From: an uncultured Bacilli bacterium
GTDB lineage: Bacteria > Bacillota_I > Bacilli_A > RF39 > UBA660
DNA length: 64,000 nt
NCBI GenBank assembly: GCA_950097225.1
Contig: CATNCE010000002.1
Span: 5,495 to 69,494 of the forward strand
Reading direction: 5' to 3'
The notes under the pieces are model-generated. The model searched no databases. It was not told where the DNA came from and saw only the letters and a list, made by a program, of their open reading frames with translations. Position 1 is the first letter of the stretch, and the number at the start of each line of letters is the position of its first letter. Of this stretch, positions 1 to 9,304 are shown piece by piece. Made by a program: the position numbers and the translations under genes.

Positions 1-3000
1 ATTAAACTTCTCATTATAGATTTTACTTAATCTTTCTCTACGGTCTATATCGCTCCATATCCACTCATCAAAAGCAGTTTTAATTTGCTCTTGTTTTGCT
101 TGTGCGATAGCAGTTTCCTTTTTATTTAACTCTGGTACTTTTTTACCATCTTTCTCAATATAGTCATATATTCTAACATCTTTTAAATTAAGAGTTTCTT
201 CTATAATCTTGTAAGCATTTATTCTTCCTGTTCCATAAGTAGAATATGCTTTTACATTTTCCCTATCATAGTTTTTACCTTCAATATTCCATTGGGCTGT
301 ACTTTCCATAAAATGCACTTGTATTCTATCTCTAATATTATAGGATGGCGATAATAGATAATCTATAAAGTCATCTATAACATCTGTTGGAAGCCAAGTT
401 GCACCAAGTCTAACACTTATCTCTTGTGGCTCTAAATCTTTCGGCATTACTTCTTCAAGACATTTTACATTTATATTGAATCTAGGGTCATCTTCAGCAA
501 ACTCTTTGGCTATCTTTAATTTCTCACGAATATTGCCAGATAGGTACTCATCAGCAGTTACCCATATATTTGGATCTCCATATTCTGGTACATTGAATAT
601 AACACCCTCTAGGTCAGTTATCATTTTGTCCATATCAAGCCCACATAGTTTCTGCATAAACTCTAAATCAACTCTAGCCTTTTCAGACATTGAAACAATT
701 AAGGCTTCATTTGCAGTATCTACACTCGTTACTTCCTTATGTGGAAGTATTGTTCTTTTGGTAAACATATCTGCTTTTTTAAGAAGTTCTTTGTTCTCAT
801 CAAGTATCTCTAAAGAACATAATAGATAAAAACTATTATCATTAGAAAAAGCAGAGGTATTTGCTCTGCTATTGATAAGTCCATATTTTTTAGTAAAACT
901 GTCATATAGTTTATTAAGTTTTGCTTGTTCTTGTTTTATATCTTCTTCTGGGAAGTCCTCTGTTTGTAATTCTAATAGATTTCTTACACACTCTCTTATT
1001 TCTATTAAGCCTCTAATACGATTTTCAGTAGTAAGTGGCAATTCTTGTGGATACATTCTACTATTCTCACGATAATAGACTTTATTATCAACAATGGTAT
1101 ATGAGAAGTTTTTAACATTATAATCAGCAGGAATAGATAAATCTTCTTCATCTTCTCCTATATCATCTATCTCATATTCTTTTATTTCAGCGTGTATATT
1201 AGAAATAGCATTGTTAAGTTGTTCTTCTAGTGATATATCTTCTCTTGCTTCACAAGTAGAGTCCATACCATATCTAGTAGATTCCATTTTCATATTACCA
1301 CATACCATATCTGGATTATCAACAAAATATTTATTCATTTTGATACCATTTTCATCAGTATCTAAATATACCCAGTCTGGCTCTAAATCGGTTATAGAAT
1401 CTCGTTTTTGTAAGAAGATAATATCAGAAGTAACTTTTGTTCCTGCGTTATCTTTAAAGGTATTATTCGGAAGTCTTATTGCTCCTAACAAGTCGGCTCG
1501 TTGTGCTATATACTTTCTAACACTAGGATTTTCCTTATCTAAAGTACCTTTACTTGTTATGAAAGCAACAATTCCACCCGGTCTTACCTTATCAAGAGTT
1601 TTTGCAAAGAAATAGTCGTGAATTAGGAAGTTATGCTTATCATATCTCTTGTCTAATAATTTAAGACTATCAAATGGAACATTACCTATTGCCCCATCAA
1701 AGAAAGAATCTGGAAGTTCTGTATTTTCATAGCCTTGTACTGCAATAGAACTTTTTTGATATAGTTGTCTAGCAATTCTACCAGATATACTATCAACTTC
1801 TATACCATATAACTTACAGTCTTTTAAAGTATCGGGTATCATACCTAGAAAATTGCCAACTCCACAACTAGGCTCTAGTATGTTTCCATCTTTCATACCC
1901 ATACTTTCTAATGCTTTATACATTGTACGAATAACTACTGGAGGTGTATAGAAAGAAGTTCTTGTAGAACTCATTGCCGACCTATATTCTTCATCATCAA
2001 GAATATTTTTAAGTTTTAAATGCTCATCTGCCCAAGAAGAATTATTTTCTTCAAAGGCTTGTGATAAACCACCCCAACCGACATACTGCGATAGTATTTG
2101 TTGTTCCTCTGGAGTAGCAAAGCGATTTTCTTCTTCGCATTGTTTCAACGCTTTAATTGCTGCAAGATTACGATTAAACTTTTCTCTATCACTTCCGACA
2201 CCTAACAAGTCATCAGTAATATGGAAGTTATTTCTATCTTCATTTTTGATTTCTGGGTGTATATCAAAAGTGGTAACTCGTTTTCTTCGCTTTTTAGCAA
2301 TATTAGGTATAATTGTTTCCTTTTTTTGTTCTGCTTCTTTTTCAGCAAGTAAAGATAATACTTTGCTTAATTCTTCATTACGAAAAATAGGAAAACCTAC
2401 ACCATTTTGAAAAGTAATATCTTTTAGTGAAACGACATCATTATCAATACTATCAATGGTATATTCTCTATCGCCAATAATTATATTTTTACCAATAATA
2501 TCTTCTTCTAACTTTTCTTGATCTGCGACTTTTGTTTCATATTTTTTACGATATTCTTTTAATCTTTCTAAATCGTGATTATTAACTTTATCTACTGTGC
2601 CATCTTCATTATAGTCAAATAGTTCATTTAATAGAAAATCATAAACTTCTAGTCCCTCTAAATCAATGTCATCAGAATAAATAACGATATTCTCGTTAGA
2701 ATCGAAGTTTACCTTAATATCACTCATATCATAAAGTGATAAAATATGCTCTACTAAATCTACTTCATCATCATATTCTCCATACTCATTATGCTTTTCT
2801 AATTCTCCAGTTTCAGTAACTTTGATTTTCAGATGGTCATTACACGGATTTTCTTTTACTTTCCTATCAAACTCATCAAAAGAAAATTCTTGATTAAATA
2901 ATGGATATTGATAGTCATATAATCTAACAATATCATTATCTAATGAAAGTATTTCAAACTTATCTGCACCAATATATACTTGGTCGCCTACTTGATAATA

Positions 3001-5268
3001 GTAGTCTGGGAAAGTTTCATTTAATTCTTTGATAAAGTTATCTATTATCTTTTTATCTTCATCATCACTATCTAAATCATTCCCTAGATTTTGAATATAC
3101 TCTATAAAACCTCTTAATTCACTTGGATTATGGATTTGATTATCTATATCTCTAATGACATCTTCTTCGGTTTCGCCATTTTCAAGATTTGCTTCATAGC
3201 CTTGTAAATCATATTCTTTGATAAAATCATTTAATCGTTTTGCTAGACTATCTTCTTGTTTTTCAGTAAAAGTATCTTCTTGATTTAATTCATCTATTCG
3301 TTCCTGTTCTTCTCCTAACCAAGCAGGATACTCTCTTAATTCTTTTGGATTAAGGTATCTATTAAGGCTAATTAGTTCCTTTATTCGCTTTTCAACATAA
3401 TTCCATTTTAAAAGTTTTTCTTTTCTATTTTCAAGATTTCCACGATATAAAGTAAGTCCTTTACTATCAGCAGTATAACCTATACCAGATCCACGAATAA
3501 TATATGAACTTCCACTTAATCCATACATATTTTTTATATAGTTAATATTTTCAGTTGTAGATAAACTTTTTTGAAATTGTCTATATATAGCATACTTTGT
3601 TTCAGTATGTCGTGTTTGAAAATATTTATCAATAAACTCTTGCGAAAATTCTAATTCGGGTATTTCTTTGCTATTTTCTTCATCTAATAAAGTCATCTGC
3701 TCTTTTTCAGATGGTAAGTATTTTTCTCTATCATTTAATTGATGAAGTAAAATCATTGAATCATAATGATATGTTAAATCTTCCCAAGATATAAAACTTT
3801 CTGTATCTCGTGATAAAAAATTACCTTTCCATAGTAATAAACCATTTTCAAAGGCTTTGTAACCATACATTTGTGTTCCAATAAAAATACCCACATATAC
3901 ATTTTCAAAAGAATTTTTAATGAACTCTGCTCTTTTTAAAGGCTCTTTTTCTAGTTCAAAATATCTTTTTACTTCTGCTTTGGGTATTTTTAAATGTGCA
4001 TTAGCAAGTATTTGATTGATTTTGTCATCTGTAACAACATACGGACAATGTGTCCCACTATCTACATCCCAAAAATCTAACTGTAAATTAGTTCTCTCGT
4101 TACTATCTCCTCTGCTCTCGCTTTCAAGTTGTTCATTAAGCCTATCCACTTCATCTGGTCTTTGGCTTTCAATTCTTCTGTTATATTCTCTTTCTTCGCC
4201 ATTTCCTCTATCATTTGTTCCACTCTCGTTTCGGCTATCGTTTGAACTTCCATCAAGTGTTCTGGTAATTTGCCCTGCATTAGAAGTGTCGTATATAGAG
4301 GCTTGTCGTTCTTCTTCAAGTGGCTTAATCTCATCAATGCGTATTTCCCATTTACTTGTTCTTCTTGTGGTGGTACTAGGTCTGGTATTTGATAATCGCC
4401 CACCATTTTGTAACTTATTTCTTTCATCTAAATCACTCCTCTCGGCATTATTCTTGCCATCATCTAAATCATACTCGTTTTGCTTATTATTATCAAATGT
4501 GTGAATTTTATCAATTTCACTTATTCGCACATTTTTTATTGTGCTATATATTTCACGAAGTCCAGACTCGGCAATATCACTTGTTGCCATACCTAGTCTT
4601 GTTATCGTATCATAAGTATTGAAATTTAATAATTCTCTAAAATCTTCCTTATCAAAATAATCATTAGGGTTTATTCCACAACGCTTTAACATTACATAAG
4701 CAACACTATTCTCTAATACTTTCTTGTAAATAGTTTTTATATTCAACTCATCAAGTTCTTCTAAAAAACTATTATCTTTAAAATACATTAGATTTGATAA
4801 ATAATCTGGCAAGTTATCTTCTACCATATTTTTAGCACTAGAAATAATAGCACTTGCTATGGTAGAGTTATCTTCTAATTCTCCATATCTATTTTCTAGG
4901 GCTTCGATAACATATTCTTCATAAGGTTTCGTAACAGACCATAGTATAACATTTTTACCGTGCTTACTATTGGTATCACTTACATCAAAAACATATCTTA
5001 AATAAGTATTACCATTATTTTCTGCAAGAAGTGCTATACCAGTTGCTCCTTTATTAACCCATCTTTTTAATGACTTATTCCAAGTTTCTATTTCAGCACA
5101 AGCACTTGCATAAGGCTTTTGTGCATAAATTAAAACTTGATCGGAAAATGGATACTTATAATTCATTGCAGCACACTCTAAAAATGATAGCCATTCACTT
5201 TGATTTGTACTTAAATCTTTTAATGTTTCCGAATATAATTCTGTTATATTTCTTAATTTATTAGCCAC
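1..5268 (-). CDS. Giant polyvalent conjugative-element protein, first 1756 codons only (3' end lies beyond the window start). Contains an ArdC-like N-terminal ssDNA-binding region, a low-complexity linker, middle LPD/YodL-like regions and an N6-adenine DNA methyltransferase module. A SNF2-type helicase part is expected outside the window.
   Basis: Absent from the supplied ORF track because it has no stop in the window. Hand translation of the minus strand: GTG at 5268 with GGAGG at 5276-5280 (7-nt spacer), and the frame stays open to nt 1. N-terminus reads YPFSDQVLIYAQKPYASACAEIETWNKSLKRWVNKGATGIALL (ArdC_N-like). SAM motif I is NILEPSCGVGNF (~1850-1890) and motif IV is GAIGNVPF (~1672-1696). 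The last residues are WIWSDIDRRERLSKIYNEKFN. Confidence 0.8.
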   Translation of the reverse strand, partial: MANKLRNITELYSETLKDLSTNQSEWLSFLECAAMNYKYPFSDQVLIYAQKPYASACAEIETWNKSLKRWVNKGATGIALLAENNGNTYLRYVFDVSDTNSKHGKNVILWSVTKPYEEYVIEALENRYGELEDNSTIASAIISSAKNMVEDNLPDYLSNLMYFKDNSFLEELDELNIKTIYKKVLENSVAYVMLKRCGINPNDYFDKEDFRELLNFNTYDTITRLGMATSDIAESGLREIYSTIKNVRISEIDKIHTFDNNKQNEYDLDDGKNNAERSDLDERNKLQNGGRLSNTRPSTTTRRTSKWEIRIDEIKPLEEERQASIYDTSNAGQITRTLDGSSNDSRNESGTNDRGNGEEREYNRRIESQRPDEVDRLNEQLESESRGDSNERTNLQLDFWDVDSGTHCPYVVTDDKINQILANAHLKIPKAEVKRYFELEKEPLKRAEFIKNSFENVYVGIFIGTQMYGYKAFENGLLLWKGNFLSRDTESFISWEDLTYHYDSMILLHQLNDREKYLPSEKEQMTLLDEENSKEIPELEFSQEFIDKYFQTRHTETKYAIYRQFQKSLSTTENINYIKNMYGLSGSSYIIRGSGIGYTADSKGLTLYRGNLENRKEKLLKWNYVEKRIKELISLNRYLNPKELREYPAWLGEEQERIDELNQEDTFTEKQEDSLAKRLNDFIKEYDLQGYEANLENGETEEDVIRDIDNQIHNPSELRGFIEYIQNLGNDLDSDDEDKKIIDNFIKELNETFPDYYYQVGDQVYIGADKFEILSLDNDIVRLYDYQYPLFNQEFSFDEFDRKVKENPCNDHLKIKVTETGELEKHNEYGEYDDEVDLVEHILSLYDMSDIKVNFDSNENIVIYSDDIDLEGLEVYDFLLNELFDYNEDGTVDKVNNHDLERLKEYRKKYETKVADQEKLEEDIIGKNIIIGDREYTIDSIDNDVVSLKDITFQNGVGFPIFRNEELSKVLSLLAEKEAEQKKETIIPNIAKKRRKRVTTFDIHPEIKNEDRNNFHITDDLLGVGSDREKFNRNLAAIKALKQCEEENRFATPEEQQILSQYVGWGGLSQAFEENNSSWADEHLKLKNILDDEEYRSAMSSTRTSFYTPPVVIRTMYKALESMGMKDGNILEPSCGVGNFLGMIPDTLKDCKLYGIEVDSISGRIARQLYQKSSIAVQGYENTELPDSFFDGAIGNVPFDSLKLLDKRYDKHNFLIHDYFFAKTLDKVRPGGIVAFITSKGTLDKENPSVRKYIAQRADLLGAIRLPNNTFKDNAGTKVTSDIIFLQKRDSITDLEPDWVYLDTDENGIKMNKYFVDNPDMVCGNMKMESTRYGMDSTCEAREDISLEEQLNNAISNIHAEIKEYEIDDIGEDEEDLSIPADYNVKNFSYTIVDNKVYYRENSRMYPQELPLTTENRIRGLIEIRECVRNLLELQTEDFPEEDIKQEQAKLNKLYDSFTKKYGLINSRANTSAFSNDNSFYLLCSLEILDENKELLKKADMFTKRTILPHKEVTSVDTANEALIVSMSEKARVDLEFMQKLCGLDMDKMITDLEGVIFNVPEYGDPNIWVTADEYLSGNIREKLKIAKEFAEDDPRFNINVKCLEEVMPKDLEPQEISVRLGATWLPTDVIDDFIDYLLSPSYNIRDRIQVHFMESTAQWNIEGKNYDRENVKAYSTYGTGRINAYKIIEETLNLKDVRIYDYIEKDGKKVPELNKKETAIAQAKQEQIKTAFDEWIWSDIDRRERLSKIYNEKFN
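4077..4427 (-). CDS. tnpV: TnpV-family small protein (116 aa), encoded in the +1 frame entirely inside the giant polyvalent ORF
   Basis: ATG at 4427 is immediately preceded by an in-frame TAG, with AGGAG at 4436-4440 (8-nt spacer). The product MKEISYKMVGDYQIPDL..GKYALMRLSHLKKNDKPLYTTLLMQGKLPEHL..ITEELKAKDQMKWIGLMNNLKARAEEIVTRELIYS matches the TnpV pattern from memory (GDYxxPxL, YLKxH, LKAxDQMxWVxxMNNI, AEEIVxxELIY). Confidence 0.65.
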   Translation of the reverse strand: MKEISYKMVGDYQIPDLVPPQEEQVNGKYALMRLSHLKKNDKPLYTTLLMQGKLPEHLMEVQTIAETRVEQMIEEMAKKENITEELKAKDQMKWIGLMNNLKARAEEIVTRELIYS

Positions 5269-5300
5269 TTACTCACCTCCTTATCTTTATTTTTCTTTTA

Positions 5301-5639
5301 CTACTCATTGTTAGAGTTATCTTGTTTAAGACTTTCTCTAGCATTTACTAAAACTTCATAATAGTTAGTTTCTATTTCTATATCTTCGGTATTAACAAGT
5401 AACATATAGATAATTTCACTTGCTTCGTTAGGATAGAAACGAATATCAACAAAAGTTTCTTGTTCTTCAGTAACTCGTGGGATACTATATCTCAATAATT
5501 TTTCTTTCAGTTTAGTAGCAGTTTCGCTTATTTTTTCATTATTAGAAGTCGTATATCTGGTAAGCATTTCAATTAAATAATTAAATTTTCCTATACTTAA
5601 ATCCACCTTAACTGGTGGTATTCTTTTTTGATATGGCAT
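5301..5639 (-). CDS. Hypothetical small ICE protein (112 aa)
   Basis: ORF with AAAGGA upstream of the ATG. It is tightly packed between neighbouring ICE genes. No motif recognised. Confidence 0.45.
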   Translation of the reverse strand: MPYQKRIPPVKVDLSIGKFNYLIEMLTRYTTSNNEKISETATKLKEKLLRYSIPRVTEEQETFVDIRFYPNEASEIIYMLLVNTEDIEIETNYYEVLVNARESLKQDNSNNE

Positions 5640-5641
5640 AA

Positions 5642-5872
5642 TTAACCATCCTTTCTATTTTCTTTATAGCCACTTAAAAAAGCAATGATTTGCTTATTCT
5701 TAACGGCATTTTTAAATTCAATGATAATCATAGTTTCATTATTTTGTAGATTTGGTATTTTCGTTAAATCTTCCAATTTTAAAGCAAGTATTTTTTTATC
5801 AGTATTGAATCCTGCTTCAAATAGTTTTTCTAAAGTCTTTGTAATTTGACCTATATTATATTTTGTTTCCAA
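5642..5872 (-). CDS. Hypothetical small ICE protein (~76 aa)
   Basis: The track ORF runs to 5908. I prefer the TTG at 5872, which sits 6 nt after GGAGG (5879-5883) and removes the overlap with the sortase stop at 5884. No motif recognised. Confidence 0.4.
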   Translation of the reverse strand: METKYNIGQITKTLEKLFEAGFNTDKKILALKLEDLTKIPNLQNNETMIIIEFKNAVKNKQIIAFLSGYKENRKDG

Positions 5873-5883
5873 ATAAATCCCTC

Positions 5884-6540
5884 CTAGACTTTCTCTACTA
5901 ATTCGCATATATAGATAATTTGCTTATTCGTATTGTGTCTGCAAGTGATTAAAGTTAGTGTACTTTTTTCGGCATTTCTAACAATATTAGCAGTACCAGT
6001 TTTCTCAATGTCGTATTGATTAAGAACTTTGTATTTGTACTCGTTACCATTATAGAAAATACTTACTTCATCATCTCTTTCGAGTTTATGAAGATTTTTA
6101 AAATAAGCAGTTCTTCCACTTCCAGAGTGTCCTGCTAGGATCACATTTCCTTTGTCTTTATCTGGCATATCAGATTCTTTGACAACAAGTATATTTCTAT
6201 TAACATTGTTATAATAACTACCTTTATTTGCTAGACCTTTTTCTAACCCTATTTTAGGTATTTTGATTACTGCAAAATAATCTATTTTCGTTTTAGTAGG
6301 TTGTGGCTTTTCAGTTTCCACTTTTTCTTCTGGCACTTCTGGAGTAGTATCTTCTGCAATTTCTTTTTGTTCTTCAAAGAAAGTATCAATTAACTGTTCT
6401 TCGTTTTTTGTTTCAAGATAATTATATAAATACTTACCACCAATGATTAAAGTACCTAAAATGATAAGTAAAGAGCCAACTATGATTAGTTGACTCTTAC
6501 TACCTTTATTATTCTCGATTTTGTTTTTTCTTTTTAACAT
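5884..6540 (-). CDS. Sortase-family transpeptidase, membrane anchored
   Basis: N-terminal TM segment, His motif VILAGHSG and catalytic Cys motif TLTLITCRHN. The start overlaps the 3' end of the adhesin gene by 32 nt. Confidence 0.8.
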   Translation of the reverse strand: MLKRKNKIENNKGSKSQLIIVGSLLIILGTLIIGGKYLYNYLETKNEEQLIDTFFEEQKEIAEDTTPEVPEEKVETEKPQPTKTKIDYFAVIKIPKIGLEKGLANKGSYYNNVNRNILVVKESDMPDKDKGNVILAGHSGSGRTAYFKNLHKLERDDEVSIFYNGNEYKYKVLNQYDIEKTGTANIVRNAEKSTLTLITCRHNTNKQIIYICELVEKV

Positions 6541-9238
6541 AGATAATCGCTCCTATTCCTCCTAGAATAAACATTGTTCCAACAATTTCAATGAAGTGTG
6601 AATCAGTAATACCTGTACTTGGTACTTCAACGATTACTTTTTCATCAGTCATTGTTGCTTTTACAATTTCGCCATCTTCTTTGATTTCAAAATACATTCT
6701 TTCTGGATTTAAAGTATAGCCCTCTGGTGCTTCTTTCTCCAAAATATAGTATTTTCCATAACGAATTTCTGAAATAGTAATTTTTCCATTGTCATCAGTT
6801 CTTCCACTAAAAATTAACTCATCTTTATCATTGTAGATTTCGATTAAAGTGTTAGGTAGTGGCTCTCCTGTTGATACATCAGTTTTAGTAAATTCAAGAG
6901 TTCCTGTTACTGGTTTATTTTTCATTTCAGCCTTAACGATTTCTCCGTTTTCTTTTAATTCAAAATAAACTTTTTCATCAGTTATTACATAGCCTGTGCT
7001 TGGCTCTTTTTCTACGATATAGTATTTTCCAACTTTTAAATCTGTAATAACGATTTTTCCATCTTGATCTGTTTTACCAGTAAAGATTAGTTCATCATTT
7101 TCAGTATAAATTTCAATGATAGTATCTGGAATAACATCTCCATTTACTAAATCAGTTTTAGTAAATTCAAGAGTAGCCTTTTTAAGATAATTTAAAGCAC
7201 TATATGATTCATAAACTATTGGAGTTTCATCATCAACTTGTTTTAATGTGAAATAGTGTTTATCTCCATCAAGAATATAGTCATCTTGTGTTTTTACTTC
7301 AATTAAATAGTATTTTCCTAGTGGAAGTTTCTTTGTTTTAGCATAGCCGTTTTCATCTGTAACGATAGTATCTACTTTGTCGCCTTTATTATAGTATAAA
7401 TGGTTTCCATCAGCAGACTTAATATCTTCTTCTGCATAGATTTCAAAAGTAACTCCACTTAATTTTTTCTTAGCATAAACATATTCGCCATCTTTAATCA
7501 CTAAATCTTCGCCAACTTTATAAATCTCTAATTGACCTTTAATAGGTGTATTCTTATAAGTTACTGTGATAAATGCTCCATAAGTTGTATAGTCATAATG
7601 CGTATCATTTCCAATAGTGAATTTTAGACCGTTTTTATCTTTTAAGTAACCATTTGGTGCAGACACTTCAATTAGTTTGTAATTTCCTGCAACTAATTTT
7701 AAAGGTGTTACTAATATACCATTTTCATCAGTTTTAAATTCACTAATTACTTTACCACCTACGAATTGAGATACATATTGTTTAGTATCTTCATTAAAGA
7801 TTTTGAAAGTAGTATCTTTAATGGCAATAGTCTTTCCAGTTTCTTCATCTACTTTTATTACTTTCAAATAAGCAGTCAAAGAGTTGTTTAAAATATTGTA
7901 ATATTGCTCTTTTTCGCTTGTTTCACTTACTGTGATATAGAAGTCATAAATCTTTTCATATCCAGTTGTCGTATTTACTTGATGGAACTTCCAAACTCCA
8001 TAAGGCAAATTGATAGAAGCATAACCGTTTTTATCTGTTGTGATTTCATCAAACTTGTTTCCGTTTGGGTAATAAATTTCAAAAGTAATACCTGCTTCTG
8101 CATTTAGGAATTTTGTTTCTCCCTCCACGTGTTCGTATTGTTTTAAAATACTTACATAGTTTTTAATTACTTTTTCTACAACATCTACTCTTGCAGAGTC
8201 TTTTCCTTTTACATCAATATTGTAGCGAGTTTTATCTAATTCATAACCCTCACTTGGTTTGATTTCTTGTAAATAGTAATCATTCCAAGATAATACTGCG
8301 TCACTTTTAAAGTAACCGTTTTCATCAGTAACAACTGTTGTCACTAATCTTCCCGTAGCAGTTTCGTATATACCATACTCTGCTCCTTTTAAAGTTGCTT
8401 GACCCTGTGCAGTTTCAGTTTCAACATCTTTCTTATAACCCTCTACTGGTGTTGTATAACTATTTACTCTAACTCTAGCCATAACTGGATCAGTAGTTCC
8501 AGGTACAAACATATTTTGAATTTCGTTTCCAACGAATAACTTATAGCCACTAGCATAAGGCATATTTTTTGTTAAAGTTAAATCTATTTTTCCATTTCTA
8601 GTAGGCTTAATTGTTAGTGTATTTCCATTAACACTATATTCTGCACCACTAACACTTACACTATAATTTCCAAGTACATTATTAGTATCTGTTAGTGTAA
8701 TAGTTTCTCCTACTTGTGCTTTATAAACTCCACCATCAAAACTTGGTCTATCATAGTGGTGTTCGATTAGTCTATTGATTTCTGCTTTTTCTGTTGATAC
8801 ATCAAATGGTGTTCCTGCTCCCCATCTTTCTGTTGAGAAAGTTGTATTGGCTCCGTGTCCAATGATAATATCCCATATCATACCTTGAGTAGCAGCACGA
8901 TATTGTAGTGTTTGGTGTCCCGGATAAGTATAACCGTAGTAACCGATTAACAATAATCTTTCTTTGATTTCATTTGGAAGTCCTGTTGCTTCCCAACTTC
9001 CAGGATTATAAATAGTTCCCTCTGGTATATTTGGCTCTATGCAATAAGATACTTCGCCATCCATTTCATATTGCATAAAATACCAAGAATGATGGTCAGT
9101 TCCATCTGCTCTTGCTCGATCATAATAATAGCCGGATTTTGTTTTTGTTAAAGTTGCTGCATTTACTGCTTGAGCATTAACAGTAAATCCAAGTAAAATA
9201 CCTAGTGTTAAAACTAGGCACATTCCAATTTTTTTCAT
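6509..9238 (-). CDS. Cell-wall-anchored surface adhesin: N-terminal thioester domain, then multiple Cna-B/SpaA-type (isopeptide-type) repeats and a VPSTG sorting signal
   Basis: Signal peptide MKKIGMCLVLTLGILLGFTVNAQA. Thioester signature YCIEPN (Cys codon 9041-9043) plus ATQGMIWDI (Gln codon 8885-8887). Repeated GKYYLIE..PxGY modules. C-terminus is VPSTG, a hydrophobic stretch, then KKKKQNRE. Confidence 0.85.
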   Translation of the reverse strand: MKKIGMCLVLTLGILLGFTVNAQAVNAATLTKTKSGYYYDRARADGTDHHSWYFMQYEMDGEVSYCIEPNIPEGTIYNPGSWEATGLPNEIKERLLLIGYYGYTYPGHQTLQYRAATQGMIWDIIIGHGANTTFSTERWGAGTPFDVSTEKAEINRLIEHHYDRPSFDGGVYKAQVGETITLTDTNNVLGNYSVSVSGAEYSVNGNTLTIKPTRNGKIDLTLTKNMPYASGYKLFVGNEIQNMFVPGTTDPVMARVRVNSYTTPVEGYKKDVETETAQGQATLKGAEYGIYETATGRLVTTVVTDENGYFKSDAVLSWNDYYLQEIKPSEGYELDKTRYNIDVKGKDSARVDVVEKVIKNYVSILKQYEHVEGETKFLNAEAGITFEIYYPNGNKFDEITTDKNGYASINLPYGVWKFHQVNTTTGYEKIYDFYITVSETSEKEQYYNILNNSLTAYLKVIKVDEETGKTIAIKDTTFKIFNEDTKQYVSQFVGGKVISEFKTDENGILVTPLKLVAGNYKLIEVSAPNGYLKDKNGLKFTIGNDTHYDYTTYGAFITVTYKNTPIKGQLEIYKVGEDLVIKDGEYVYAKKKLSGVTFEIYAEEDIKSADGNHLYYNKGDKVDTIVTDENGYAKTKKLPLGKYYLIEVKTQDDYILDGDKHYFTLKQVDDETPIVYESYSALNYLKKATLEFTKTDLVNGDVIPDTIIEIYTENDELIFTGKTDQDGKIVITDLKVGKYYIVEKEPSTGYVITDEKVYFELKENGEIVKAEMKNKPVTGTLEFTKTDVSTGEPLPNTLIEIYNDKDELIFSGRTDDNGKITISEIRYGKYYILEKEAPEGYTLNPERMYFEIKEDGEIVKATMTDEKVIVEVPSTGITDSHFIEIVGTMFILGGIGAIIYVKKKKQNRE
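6638..7174 (-). repeat. Tandem in-frame duplication (91 + 88 codons) encoding two Cna-B-like domains at the C-terminal end of the adhesin
   Basis: TLEFTKTDLVNGDVIPDTIIEIYTENDELIFTGKTDQDGKIVITDLKVGKYYIVEKEPSTGY... is followed by TLEFTKTDVSTGEPLPNTLIEIYNDKDELIFSGRTDDNGKITISEIRYGKYYILEKEAPEGY... Confidence 0.8.
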
Positions 9239-9304
9239 TTTTAATTTTCTCCTTTCTTACTCCTAAAATTAGGGCATAAAAAATGACTCTTGTTTTAAGA
9301 GCCA

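Noticed and set aside
476-5264. Plus-strand track ORFs 476-829, 872-1075, 1211-1615, 4016-4504, 4389-4622 and 5070-5264
   Set aside because: All are antisense to the continuous 1756-codon minus-strand ORF. They are Ser/Leu/Phe-rich, as expected for the reverse complement of a Glu/Lys-rich gene, and have no convincing SD or recognisable motif.
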